From an uncultured Erysipelotrichaceae bacterium (lineage in GTDB: Bacteria > Bacillota_I > Bacilli_A > RF39 > UBA660): a stretch of 64,000 nt of DNA. Position numbers and translations under genes: made by a program. The stretch is from contig CADBDE010000003.1 in the NCBI GenBank assembly GCA_902793375.1, positions 30,039 to 94,038 on the forward strand, given 5' to 3'. Positions within the stretch are counted from its first letter, which is position 1; every line of letters starts with the position of its first letter. Below are positions 17,715-27,462 of this stretch, piece by piece. Below the pieces are notes generated by a model. That model was not told the origin of the DNA. It worked only from the letters and a program-made list of their open reading frames with translations, and searched no databases.

Positions 17715-18905
17715 TTATCTCTCAAAGTCATCTTTTCCTTTGCTTAAATCCAACTCTTCAATATTATCATCATCTAAAACATTATCATCATACATGTCAT
17801 TAATAACATCAATATATTTATCATCTTTATCATACCAACTATGAAGTTTATCGTGTAAGAAGGATATTAATTTACTAAATTTATCCTTCCAATAATCTAT
17901 TGTATCTTTTAAATCTTGTATTTTAGATTTTAAAAATGATATTTCATTATTCTTTTCTTTAATTGTATCATTTAAAGTCTTAACTCTTAAATTAAGTACT
18001 TCATTGTTTTCAGTAAGAGTTTTAATCTTATTATTTTTATCTTTTAATTGTTCGTGAGCATTTACTAGTGTATTAGATAGAGTTTGTATTTTATCATATT
18101 CTTTATTAGTGTTATCTACTTGATTGATAAAGTCGATAAAAGTTTTTTTATCTTCTTTTGATAAAATATAATTATCTTTATTAAATCTAGATACTTTTAA
18201 TTTATCAATTTTATCTTTTATATCTTTGGAATTTTGTTTTAACTCCGAAGATTTTTTATTTGCTTGTTTTAGATTTTCGGTATTCTTTTCAATTTGCTTT
18301 TTCATTTCAATATAGTTATCCATATCAGATACATGAATATCTCTATTTCTACCTTTTTGTTTTTGTTTTAAAGTAGAGTCTAAACTATATACTTGATTAA
18401 ATTCTTCAATACATAAAGTTCTCATTTTATCTTGCAATCTTATTAAAGATTCTTTAGTAAATACATCAGATTTACCAACTTGTTTTTCCATACCATTTTT
18501 ATTTTTATATTTAATTGGAACTCCAACAATATGTAAATGTGGACTTGTTTCATCATAATGAATAATTGCACTAGCTACTTTAAAATTTGGAACAAGCATT
18601 TCTAAATCATCAACTTGTTTTTTATATACTTCTGACATTTTCTTTTTAAAGTTTTCATCTTTAGTATCCCAATATTCTTTATCTCCAAGTTCAAGTATTA
18701 TTTCACAAGCAAGATCTTTTTTCTCGTTATTAGATACATTTTCAAAATAATTATCTATCATACGACTAGGTCTAGATTGTTTAGAATTATATTCTAATCT
18801 TGCTTCTTCAAATTCACTTAAATAAAGTTCTTTTACATCATCAAGTGGAGAAGAAGTACCTCTTATTATTTCAATTAGTTCTTGATTATTAACATATTTT
18901 CTTTT
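17715..18905 (-). pseudogene. mob: MobV/Pre-family plasmid mobilization relaxase, 5-prime truncated. Annotated ORF is 17715..18761; the reading frame stays open upstream to a TGA at 18906-18908 with no start codon.
   Basis: HYDETSPHLHIVGVP matches the Mob_Pre HxDE...PHxH metal-binding motif. KDLACEIILELGDKEYW aligns to the KDAVL...TSDKDFF segment of pMV158 MobM. The N-terminal roughly 45 aa, including the catalytic region, are absent. In-frame upstream codons ...YVNNQELIEIIRGTSSPLDDVKELYLSEFEEARLEYNSKQSRPSR precede the annotated Met and stop at the repeat boundary. Confidence 0.65.
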
Positions 18906-18909
18906 TCAT

Positions 18910-18991
18910 ACAACAAAAAATCAATTCCATTTCTAGAATTGATATTTATTAGTAAATTGAACCTAAGTTCAACCAGATTCTTTAATGGTGC
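18910..18991. repeat. 82-bp direct repeat, copy 1, abutting the truncated mob gene
   Basis: acaacaaaaaatcaattccatttctagaattgatatttattagtaaattgaacctaagttcaaccagattctttaatggtgc is identical to 19769..19850 except one T/A difference. Confidence 0.85.
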
Positions 18992-19100
18992 GAGTGTCGT
19001 AGATATCTACAACTTTTCACAAGTACGGATGATATAAATATCACTCATTAAATACATTCTACCAAATAATAGAAAAGGTAGCAATATGTTTCATGCTACT

Positions 19101-19679
19101 TTATCTTTTTTTTGGAGAATCACTTTTTTGTTCTTTATGTGATTCTTCATAAAACCAATTTTTATCATAAGAATTATAACTATTTATATCTATCATTACA
19201 TTTTCACCAATGATTGGATTTAAAGACCATCCTTCTCCAAATGTGTGTTTACATCCATCTTTAAAATTTGACGAAAATTCTTGTTGTAATAATCTATATA
19301 ATTTTCTCAAATCTTCATTGCTTACCATTTTAATAGTATCACTTGTTATTCTTGTACCTTGTTCACATCTACCATAGTCTATTAAATTACCATTTCGTAA
19401 CATATATAAAACATATAATTCATTAGTATTTTCCACACATTGTTTAATATAGTTAATAAATTTTGTACATGCTTCATTAAATATATCTAAGTCACTACTA
19501 AATATGCTATTAGTTTCATCAGCTACATCAGGAAACATAGATTTAATCATATCAGCTGCTTTCTTATAATTTTCAAAACATTCATTTAGAAAAGGAACAA
19601 CAGGATCATTTTTATCTATACCTTTTTCATCGATTTCTTGTACTTTTTTAAATGTATCTTCCTTATTCATAGTCATCAC
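19101..19679 (-). CDS. Hypothetical protein (192 aa) inside the repeat-flanked cassette
   Basis: ORF with good codon usage and several Cys (CFENY, CTKF, CVENT, GRCEQG, CKHTF). No recognizable motif. Confidence 0.45.
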   Translation of the reverse strand: MMTMNKEDTFKKVQEIDEKGIDKNDPVVPFLNECFENYKKAADMIKSMFPDVADETNSIFSSDLDIFNEACTKFINYIKQCVENTNELYVLYMLRNGNLIDYGRCEQGTRITSDTIKMVSNEDLRKLYRLLQQEFSSNFKDGCKHTFGEGWSLNPIIGENVMIDINSYNSYDKNWFYEESHKEQKSDSPKKR

Positions 19680-19768
19680 TCATCCTTTAGATGTATTCAT
19701 TATAACACAGTTTTAAGATATTTTAACATTTTTTACATTTCTATTTCAAAATCATCCCTTTCTTTTAC

Positions 19769-19850
19769 ACAACAAAAAATCAATTCCATTTCTAGAATTG
19801 ATATTTATTAGTAAATTGAACCAAAGTTCAACCAGATTCTTTAATGGTGC
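19769..19850. repeat. 82-bp direct repeat, copy 2. Its last 6 nt are the 3-prime end (GCACCA) of tRNA-Leu.
   Basis: 81/82 identical to 18910..18991. The copies are 859 bp apart. Confidence 0.85.
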
Positions 19851-19930
19851 CTGAGGTGGGACTTGAACCCACACGGTGTCGCCACCATCGGATTTTGAGT
19901 CCGACACGTCTACCATTCCATCACTCAGGC
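19845..19930 (-). tRNA. tRNA-Leu (anticodon CAA) with long variable arm and encoded CCA
   Basis: Reverse complement gcctgag...tcggaCTCAAAAtccga...long variable arm tggtggcgacaccgtgt...GGTTCAAGTCCC...ctcaggc-a-cca. Anticodon loop is CTCAAAA. Confidence 0.85.
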
Positions 19931-19961
19931 GCAAAAATATTATAACATAAGATAATTAGTA

Positions 19962-19998
19962 ATGCAAAAAAATCTCTTTAATTAGAGATTTTTATTTG
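19962..19998 (-). terminator. Rho-independent terminator hairpin (bidirectional) overlapping the stop of 19982..21595
   Basis: aaaaaa-atctcttta-att-agagatt-tttatttg: stem aatctct/agagatt flanked by A-run and T-run. Confidence 0.5.
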
Positions 19999-21595
19999 AA
20001 TACTTTTCTATTATTTTTTCCGCTACTTTTATTCCATCAATTGCTGATGTTGTAATTCCTCCAGAATATCCTGCTCCTTCTCCTGCTGGATAAATTCCTT
20101 TTATATTTGATTCAAAAGAATCTCCTCTTTCCATCCTAACTGCAGATGATGTTCTACTTTCAATCCCTGCAAGTATCGTATCAGGATTTCCAAATCCTTT
20201 TATCTTATTATCAAAATCATCCATTGCTTCCTTAATTGCTTCATTGATATAATATGGAAATATTTCATTTAAATTAGCAAAAGAATACTTTCCTTTAAAC
20301 GAAGGATTAATACTTTTAAAATGATCACTTATTTTATTATTTTTATAATCTTCTAAAAGTTGTACTGGTATTTTACCATTACCTTTCCTAAAAGCAAGTG
20401 CTTCTAGTTTTCTTTGATATTCTATTCCATCAAGTGGATTTGGCCCAAAATCTTTTTTATCCACAGTTACAACAACTGCTGAGTTAGCATTTTCCCCATC
20501 TCTCTCATTATTACTCATTCCATTAATTATAATATGCCCTTCTTCACATGATGCATTAACAACATATCCTCCAGGACACATACAAAATGTATAAACTCCT
20601 CGATTATTAGATGCTTGATAAGTTAATTTATAACTTGCAGGAGGTAAGTCATCACTAAATTTACCATATTGACTTTTATTTATCATATCTTGCTTGTGTT
20701 GAACTCTAACACCAACCGCAAATGCTTTAGAATCCATATTTAATCCCTTATCATATAGCATTTTTATAGTATCTCTTGCACTATGACCAATAGCAAGAAT
20801 TAAACAGTCACATTTAATTCTTTTTCTTTTATTAATCACAATTGATTCTATCCTGTTATTCTCAACATATATATTTGTTAAACAAGAATGATACATTATT
20901 GTTCCACCTAAACTAATAATTCTATTCCTTAAATTTTTTATTACATCTTTTAATATATTACTTCCTATATGAGGTTTATTGGAAATAGATATTTCAGAAG
21001 GTGCTCCACATTTTATAAAAGTATCATATACTTTTTTAATTCTACCTTCTTTATCATTTACTAAAGTATTAAGTTTTCCGTCAGAAAACGTCCCTGCTCC
21101 ACCTTCTCCAAAACAAACATTACTTTCTTTATTAAGAGTCCCTTTTTTCCAAAATGTTTCAACTGAATTAGTTCTATCTTCTACTCTTTCCCCTCTTTCA
21201 ATAATAACTGGATTATATCCATTTTCTGCTAAAATAAGTGCACAAAAAAGCCCAGCAGGTCCTTCACCAACTATTACTGGTCTTTCCTTTAAAAGAACTC
21301 TTCCTTTTTTTATTTCTTTATAAATTACTTCTTCTATTTTAACTACATCATTTGATTTTACTTTATTTAATATTTTTTCTTCATCAAATAATTCTACATT
21401 TACTTCATATACAAATAAAACATTATTTTTGTCTCTTGCATCAATAGATTTTTTTACAATAATCATATCTTTCAAGTCTTTATAATTAATCTTTAACTTA
21501 GCAAGAACTTTCTTTTGTAAATAATCAAAAGTATCTTTTTTTATTTCAACTTTTATTTGTCTTACTCTAATCATCGCTAACACTCTTTCCTGCAA
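19982..21595 (-). CDS. FAD-dependent dehydrogenase (COG2509-like uncharacterized flavoprotein)
   Basis: Dinucleotide-binding motif VIVGEGPAGLFCALILAENG, then FGEGGAGTFSDGKL and C-terminal GEGAGYSGGITTSAIDG, typical of this family. Confidence 0.65.
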   Translation of the reverse strand: MQERVLAMIRVRQIKVEIKKDTFDYLQKKVLAKLKINYKDLKDMIIVKKSIDARDKNNVLFVYEVNVELFDEEKILNKVKSNDVVKIEEVIYKEIKKGRVLLKERPVIVGEGPAGLFCALILAENGYNPVIIERGERVEDRTNSVETFWKKGTLNKESNVCFGEGGAGTFSDGKLNTLVNDKEGRIKKVYDTFIKCGAPSEISISNKPHIGSNILKDVIKNLRNRIISLGGTIMYHSCLTNIYVENNRIESIVINKRKRIKCDCLILAIGHSARDTIKMLYDKGLNMDSKAFAVGVRVQHKQDMINKSQYGKFSDDLPPASYKLTYQASNNRGVYTFCMCPGGYVVNASCEEGHIIINGMSNNERDGENANSAVVVTVDKKDFGPNPLDGIEYQRKLEALAFRKGNGKIPVQLLEDYKNNKISDHFKSINPSFKGKYSFANLNEIFPYYINEAIKEAMDDFDNKIKGFGNPDTILAGIESRTSSAVRMERGDSFESNIKGIYPAGEGAGYSGGITTSAIDGIKVAEKIIEKYSNKNL

Positions 21596-22769
21596 TCATT
21601 CCAGATAGCCATGCAAACCCAAGATTGTATCCTCCACAATCTCCATCTACATCTAAAACTTCTCCAACGATATATAACCCCTTACATATTTTAGATTCAA
21701 AAGTCTTTGGATTTATTTCACTTGTATCTACTCCACCTGTACATACTTGAGAATCTATAAAAGATTTTGATCCAGATATTTCTAGTTTAAAATTTGATAA
21801 TTCGTTTACTAGTATTATTTTTTCATATTCACTTAAATCGTTCCATTTCTTTCCTGTCAACTGATTTTTATTTAAAATAGTTGCAATTAATTTATGATTT
21901 AATAAACTTTCCAAAAAACCTTCTAGATTATCTATAACATGTTTACTTCTTTCATCTAAAAAATCTCTCAAATTATTTATTTCTGGTAAAAAATTTATTC
22001 TTAAATATACTTCTTTATCTTCATCTAATGCTCTATTAGCAATTCCACTTAAGTTAAAAATACAAATTCCACTTACTCCAAAATCTGTAAGCATTATTTC
22101 CCCTTCTTCAGTTTTTTCCAAATTGTTATCAACATATATTTCAACTTTAGCACTATTTCTTACTCCTGCCCATTGTTTAAAATAATTTCCAACTCCTGTT
22201 AATTGAACCAAAGAAGGCATAACTTTAATAATATTATGTCCTAGTTTTTTACAAAATTTATATCCTAAATTTTCATCTTTATAATAAGAATTACTTCCAG
22301 TTGCTATTATTACTTTATCTGCTACAATAGATTCATTATCATTATATTTGATAATAAATCTATTGTTATCTTTCTTTATATCTTTTACATTTGAATTTGC
22401 TATTATATTAACATTATTAAACAAAGTATTATATAGTAAAGCATCTCTAACACTACTTGCTTCTTTAGACATAGGATAATAGTAACCATTTTTAATAGTA
22501 GGAACTATCCCAATTGTATTAAAGAAATCTAATACTTCATTTCTATTCTTTAAAGTATTAACTTCTTTTATAAAATTTTGATTTGTTGAATGAAAATGAT
22601 TATTATTAAAATCTTCATTCCAATAATTACATCTTCCATTTCCTGTTACAAGAATTTTTTTTGCGCTTTTATTAAATCTTTCTAAAATTGTTACATTATT
22701 AGAACCATTTTTGGCAAAATATCCTGCAACTAATCCACTTGCTCCTGCTCCTATTATTACTATTTCCAT
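21567..22769 (-). CDS. HI0933/YhiN-family NAD(P)/FAD-binding flavoprotein (BaiN-like)
   Basis: N-terminal IIGAGASGLVAGYFA Rossmann motif, VTGNGRCNYWN (GGxGRCN-type motif) and C-terminal GEVLDVDGDCGGYNLGFAWLSG, characteristic of the HI0933 family. Confidence 0.7.
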   Translation of the reverse strand: MEIVIIGAGASGLVAGYFAKNGSNNVTILERFNKSAKKILVTGNGRCNYWNEDFNNNHFHSTNQNFIKEVNTLKNRNEVLDFFNTIGIVPTIKNGYYYPMSKEASSVRDALLYNTLFNNVNIIANSNVKDIKKDNNRFIIKYNDNESIVADKVIIATGSNSYYKDENLGYKFCKKLGHNIIKVMPSLVQLTGVGNYFKQWAGVRNSAKVEIYVDNNLEKTEEGEIMLTDFGVSGICIFNLSGIANRALDEDKEVYLRINFLPEINNLRDFLDERSKHVIDNLEGFLESLLNHKLIATILNKNQLTGKKWNDLSEYEKIILVNELSNFKLEISGSKSFIDSQVCTGGVDTSEINPKTFESKICKGLYIVGEVLDVDGDCGGYNLGFAWLSGMIAGKSVSDD

Positions 22770-22782
22770 ATAATCACCTTAA

Positions 22783-23262
22783 CTATTCTTTACTTTTTTT
22801 AACAGACTTTTTTTCTTTATTTTTAGTTTCTTTTTTCTTTATAGTTTTTTTTGTAACATTCTTCTTTTTTGTTGCTTTAATTGGTTTTTCAATATTTATA
22901 ATATTTTCTTTTTCTATTTTTCTTTTTTTATTTTTATTGTGATTAATTAATGTATATAAATCATAACCAATACTTATTAATAATGCAATTAATAGAATAA
23001 AAGATAAAGTACCTAAATAATAAGAATCAACTACTTTGTCTGAAAGTATATCTTCTTTATCTGGTAATAACCAAAGTACTAAACCTCCTGAAAACAGTGT
23101 AATAATAAATAACAAGTATAATATGATTGTAATATTACTTAACTTTTGAATTAAATATTTAAGAATAATAAATCCAAGTACTACAAACAAAATAATTGTT
23201 AAAAAATTCTTGAAGAAAAATGCACTAATCATACAAAAAAAATAATTTATTGCATATATCAT
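22783..23262 (-). CDS. Hypothetical membrane protein with Lys-rich C-terminal tail
   Basis: Three predicted TM helices, then KKKNVTKKTIKKKETKNKEKKSVKKSKE. Confidence 0.4.
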   Translation of the reverse strand: MIYAINYFFCMISAFFFKNFLTIILFVVLGFIILKYLIQKLSNITIILYLLFIITLFSGGLVLWLLPDKEDILSDKVVDSYYLGTLSFILLIALLISIGYDLYTLINHNKNKKRKIEKENIINIEKPIKATKKKNVTKKTIKKKETKNKEKKSVKKSKE

Positions 23263-23825
23263 TATTCTTCCTCCTTGTACTTAGAATCATATAAATCTGT
23301 ATCATCTATTTGTTCTTTTATTTCCTCATACTTTGGTAATTCTTCTTTACTGGAAAGTCCAAAATAATCTAGAAAATCTCTTGTTGTTCTATACATAGTT
23401 GCTCTTCCTATTCCTTCACTTTTTCCAGCTTCACAAACAAATCCTTTAGCTACCAGTCTTCTAATCATTTCTCTTGAATTAATTCCTCTAATTGTATCAA
23501 CATCTTGCACGGTTACTGGTTCATTATATGCAATAATTGCTAAAGTTTCTAAAGCAGCTTGAGAAAGAGAATTTGTTTCAGGGTTTTCTATTAATTTTTG
23601 ATAATAATCTCTATGCTCTTTCTTTGTTGTTATTTTAAAACTATTACCTAAAAAACTTAATTGTATTCCATATTCTTCACTTTCATATCTATTACGAAGA
23701 GTATTTAATACTTCTTTTGCTTCTTCTTCTTTTAATTCTAGTATATCTTCTATTTGTTCAATAGTTAGTCCTTCGTCTCCAACTACAAATAAAAGTCCTT
23801 CAAGTATTCCTACGTATCTATTCAT
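23262..23825 (-). CDS. scpB: Segregation and condensation protein B
   Basis: GILEGLLFVVGDEGLTIEQI N-terminal winged-helix signature. Size 187 aa. Immediately downstream of scpA with a 4-nt overlap. Confidence 0.85.
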   Translation of the reverse strand: MNRYVGILEGLLFVVGDEGLTIEQIEDILELKEEEAKEVLNTLRNRYESEEYGIQLSFLGNSFKITTKKEHRDYYQKLIENPETNSLSQAALETLAIIAYNEPVTVQDVDTIRGINSREMIRRLVAKGFVCEAGKSEGIGRATMYRTTRDFLDYFGLSSKEELPKYEEIKEQIDDTDLYDSKYKEEE

Positions 23826-24577
23826 TTTGCTACCTCACAAATAATATCTCCATACTCTTCTTCTTGAGATATTTTAAGTTCATTTTGTTTTGCCATTTCT
23901 AATATTGCAAGAAATGTAACTACTACATACTCTTTATTTAAAACATCAAATAATTCTAAAAAATTTACACGCTTTTTATTATTTAATATTTTTCTTATGG
24001 AAATAGTTCTTTCTTCAACAGACATCTCTTTTTTTGTTATTTTTGTATGTAATGGTTGTTCAAGTTTCTTCCTTTCTAGGAATTTTTGAAATGCCTTTAG
24101 CAAGTCATCTAAAGAAACATCACTATTATTAATCATCATATTTGTATCACTATATTCTTTTAAATTTTCTGGAAGTCTTGTAAATATTTGTTTTCTTTCA
24201 TTTTCCAATATTTTAAAATCTTCTGTTAAATCTTTATACTTTTGATATTCAATTAATCTATTAACAAGATCTTGTTCTGGATCAACTTCTTCATCATCTT
24301 CCTCTTCTTCATGTCTTGGTAAAAGAAGTTTTGATTTCATTTCTAATAATTCACTAGCCATAACCAAATAACTACTTGCAATGTCTAGATTTAATCTTTC
24401 CATCTCATCTATAAACTTTAGATATTCATCTATTATTACTTCTATTTTTAAATTTAAAAGGTCCATTTTTTTCTCTTTTATTAAATGAAGTAATAAGTCC
24501 ATAGGACCTTCAAAATCATCTATTTTAAATGTTATTTCCATACCATCAATCCTTAATAAATATATTATAACATACAA
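23822..24577 (-). CDS. scpA: Segregation and condensation protein A
   Basis: FKIDDFEGPMDLLLHLIKEKKMDLLNLKIEVIIDEY matches the ScpA N-terminus. 251 aa. Confidence 0.85.
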   Translation of the reverse strand: MYVIIYLLRIDGMEITFKIDDFEGPMDLLLHLIKEKKMDLLNLKIEVIIDEYLKFIDEMERLNLDIASSYLVMASELLEMKSKLLLPRHEEEEDDEEVDPEQDLVNRLIEYQKYKDLTEDFKILENERKQIFTRLPENLKEYSDTNMMINNSDVSLDDLLKAFQKFLERKKLEQPLHTKITKKEMSVEERTISIRKILNNKKRVNFLELFDVLNKEYVVVTFLAILEMAKQNELKISQEEEYGDIICEVAK

Positions 24578-24613
24578 AACAAAAAAAGAATAATGTTTAG
24601 CATGAACATTATT

Positions 24614-25624
24614 CTATTTTATTATAAAATATTTTGAATAATAATTAGATAAGTAATTATCTGGATTATCACTATTCTCCAATCCCTTGAATCCTATAGC
24701 CACATATTTGATTTTTGAATCTTTATCTTCAAAAGTATAATTAATACATAGCATACTTCCTTCTAGTATATCATCAGCAATATACTCATCTTTTATAGTA
24801 TTTTTTTCATCATTTATACATAAACCACTTAATTGCTGTTTATTAATCAATGTATGAATATTATCTATTTCATTAAATTCTTCATCATAATAATCTATTA
24901 CAGGTAAATAATTCTTACTAATATTTTGATTTAATACATCTTTATTAGCTATAAAACCAGCATTTATTATTGAATTAGAAGATGTATCCTTTTTAGTAAC
25001 AGTTAAATCAATATTATCACTTTTATCATTAAATAATGAATTTAAACTATATGCATCATAATATTTGATTTGATAAAATGACTCGTTACCTGATTCATCA
25101 ATACCTTTAACGTTGATAAATCCATCATCTGTTTTTTCATATGTTAAATCACATTTGCCTGAATTATCAGTACACTCTATATCATCATAATTTTCTTTTT
25201 CATCTACAAATACAATTACATTATGTTTTGATGTTATTACAGGGTTTTCTCTATCTATGATTCCACTTATAACTTCTACAAATTCATTATTTCTATCTGA
25301 TGCTATATATCCTGTAATTCCTTGTTTTGTTTTTATTTTATACCAATAATAATCATCTTTATCAATATGTTCTAATACTGTAAAAATTTCACCTAAATAT
25401 ACAGTCCCTATATCTTTTGACTCAATAGTAGGTTCTTTTCTAATATTTAAAGCTTTAACTAATACTCTTATTTGGTTTTTGTTTATATCTCTTGGATTAC
25501 TTTGATTAAACTTTTCTTTTCCAGGCCAAAACAAAAATCCAACAATAAGGATTATTATGGCTAAAACAATATCTAAAATTAAACTTCTTCTCTTTGTTTC
25601 TATCATGATTATATTATATAGCAA
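24614..25624 (-). CDS. Hypothetical membrane-anchored protein
   Basis: Single N-terminal TM helix (LILDIVLAIIILIVGFLFW) followed by a 300-aa extracytoplasmic region with no recognizable motif. Confidence 0.4.
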   Translation of the reverse strand: MLYNIIMIETKRRSLILDIVLAIIILIVGFLFWPGKEKFNQSNPRDINKNQIRVLVKALNIRKEPTIESKDIGTVYLGEIFTVLEHIDKDDYYWYKIKTKQGITGYIASDRNNEFVEVISGIIDRENPVITSKHNVIVFVDEKENYDDIECTDNSGKCDLTYEKTDDGFINVKGIDESGNESFYQIKYYDAYSLNSLFNDKSDNIDLTVTKKDTSSNSIINAGFIANKDVLNQNISKNYLPVIDYYDEEFNEIDNIHTLINKQQLSGLCINDEKNTIKDEYIADDILEGSMLCINYTFEDKDSKIKYVAIGFKGLENSDNPDNYLSNYYSKYFIIK

Positions 25625-25638
25625 AACATCTAATTAAA

Positions 25639-25989
25639 TCAATCTTTTGGATTAAATATAAGTAAAAAAATGAATGAAAAGAAAATAACGGATACAATAC
25701 CTGCAGCTGTTAAGTCAAATGCACCTAGGAATAATCCAAAGAAGCCAACATCACTAGCACGTGCTAAAGCTCCATGTATCAAAGAATGTCCAAAAGAAGT
25801 AATTGGAACGTATGCACCGGGTCCAACATTATCTATAAACCAATCATAAATGCTAAATATATCTAAGAAAGCTCCAATTATTACAAAAAGACTAGTAATA
25901 TGTCCTGGAGTTAATTTAGTATTATCAAGAATTATTTGTCCAATTAAACAAACAATTCCTACAAATAAAAATGAATATAAATATGTCAT
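25639..25989 (-). CDS. spoVAEB: Stage V sporulation protein AEB (SpoVAEB)
   Basis: 116-aa polytopic membrane protein. Paralogous to the spoVAC product (shared GxxHSLIHGALA-type segment). Third gene after spoVAC-spoVAD. Confidence 0.65.
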   Translation of the reverse strand: MTYLYSFLFVGIVCLIGQIILDNTKLTPGHITSLFVIIGAFLDIFSIYDWFIDNVGPGAYVPITSFGHSLIHGALARASDVGFFGLFLGAFDLTAAGIVSVIFFSFIFLLIFNPKD

Positions 25990-26981
25990 ATTACACTCTC
26001 CAAACTAATAGCATGACTTATAGATAATATTGGATGTTTTTGATAAATAAAAGTTGGTGAAAATAATGCTCCTGTTGCTACAACTAATACTTTCTTAAGT
26101 ATTCCTTTTTCAATTAATGGAAAAATATAAGAATAATTAACAAGTGGAGAACAAGCAGGTCCACTTCCTCCTGCATGTACATTTTTCTGTTTATTTAAAT
26201 CATAAATCATAGTACCACTATCATTATAATTATTTAATAAATCTATTCCATATTCATCTTTTAAATAGTCTCTTAATATTCCCATTCCATATATTCCTAA
26301 ATCTCCGGTAATGATTAAATCATAATAATTTATATCTCTTTTTGTATCTTTTAAATGAGCTACTATTGTTTCTCCTGCTGCTACTGCCATATTAGCACCC
26401 ATATTATTTGCATCATTTTGACCCATATCACAAATTTTTCCAATTGTTCCACTCTCAACTTTTATTTTTGTTTTATGATTACAAAGCAAAATACTTGCTC
26501 CACCTGTTGTAGTAAACGTTGAACTAAGTGGCCTTGGTGCACCATATTCAATTGGATTTCTATATTGTTTTTCACTTGATAAATTATGAGAGGAAACGCT
26601 TACAATAGCATTCTTAATATAATCTTTTTCAATTAAAGAAGAAGCAATTATTACTCCTTCAGTAAATGTTGAACAAGCACTATATATTCCAAGATGTGGT
26701 ATATTGAACTTTTTAATTCCATAACTTGTAGCAGTTATTTGATTTAGTAAATCTCCTCCAATAATTAAAGATATTTCTTTACTACTTTTTCTCGCCTTTC
26801 TTAACAAAATATCCACTGATTCTTCTAATAATCTCACTTCAGCATCTTCAAAACTTTTCTCACCAATATATAAGTTATCATAACTTTTATCAAATTTATG
26901 TCCAAGTGGTCCCTTTTTCTCATATGGTCCTGTTACACAAGAAGTATTTTCTACATAAACATTATCAAATTTAAACGTCAT
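25986..26981 (-). CDS. spoVAD: Stage V sporulation protein AD (thiolase-fold SpoVAD)
   Basis: MTFKFDNVYVENTSCVTGPYEKKGPLG...YDLIITGDLG...GGSGPACS; 331 aa, matches SpoVAD length and thiolase-like fold motifs. Confidence 0.8.
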   Translation of the reverse strand: MTFKFDNVYVENTSCVTGPYEKKGPLGHKFDKSYDNLYIGEKSFEDAEVRLLEESVDILLRKARKSSKEISLIIGGDLLNQITATSYGIKKFNIPHLGIYSACSTFTEGVIIASSLIEKDYIKNAIVSVSSHNLSSEKQYRNPIEYGAPRPLSSTFTTTGGASILLCNHKTKIKVESGTIGKICDMGQNDANNMGANMAVAAGETIVAHLKDTKRDINYYDLIITGDLGIYGMGILRDYLKDEYGIDLLNNYNDSGTMIYDLNKQKNVHAGGSGPACSPLVNYSYIFPLIEKGILKKVLVVATGALFSPTFIYQKHPILSISHAISLESVI

Positions 26982-26982
26982 A

Positions 26983-27420
26983 TCAAAAACCTCCTATATA
27001 TCGTATACTTCCAAATAAAACTGCAGACACAATTCCATACACAATTACTGATCCAGCAAGTTTCAACATGTTACAACCAATTCCATAAATTGGACCTTCT
27101 CTTTTATAATCAAGTCCAGCACTCATTACTGAATGAGCAAATCCTGTTATTGGAATTATAAGACCACATTTTGCAAAATTAACCCATTTGTCAAAAAAAC
27201 CTAAAGCAGTAAAAAGACAAGCTAATATAATAAAAGTTAAAAGCATAAATGTGGCTGCATCTTTAGAAGAAATATCAAAAGTAAATTGATAAAAATCAGA
27301 TAAAAGATGAGCAAATACTCCCATAAATCCACCAACTAAGAAAGAAATAACAGAATTTGCAATTCTATTTTCTTTTGGTTTATTACTATCAACTATTCTC
27401 TTATAGTCTTTCTTTTCCAT
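26983..27420 (-). CDS. spoVAC: Stage V sporulation protein AC (SpoVAC)
   Basis: 145-aa membrane protein with GFAHSVMSAGLDYKREGPIYGIG. First gene of the spoVAC-AD-AEB tricistron. Confidence 0.7.
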   Translation of the reverse strand: MEKKDYKRIVDSNKPKENRIANSVISFLVGGFMGVFAHLLSDFYQFTFDISSKDAATFMLLTFIILACLFTALGFFDKWVNFAKCGLIIPITGFAHSVMSAGLDYKREGPIYGIGCNMLKLAGSVIVYGIVSAVLFGSIRYIGGF

Positions 27421-27462
27421 ATAATCACCACTAGTATTTTTAACAATAAAAAAAATAATATA

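Noticed and set aside
18762-19100. Searched for an integrase/recombinase gene or IS element associated with the tRNA-Leu direct repeats
   Set aside because: No tyrosine or serine recombinase motifs, and no terminal inverted repeats. The only ORFs are the mob remnant and a 192-aa orphan, so the element is interpreted as a decayed remnant, not an active integrative element.
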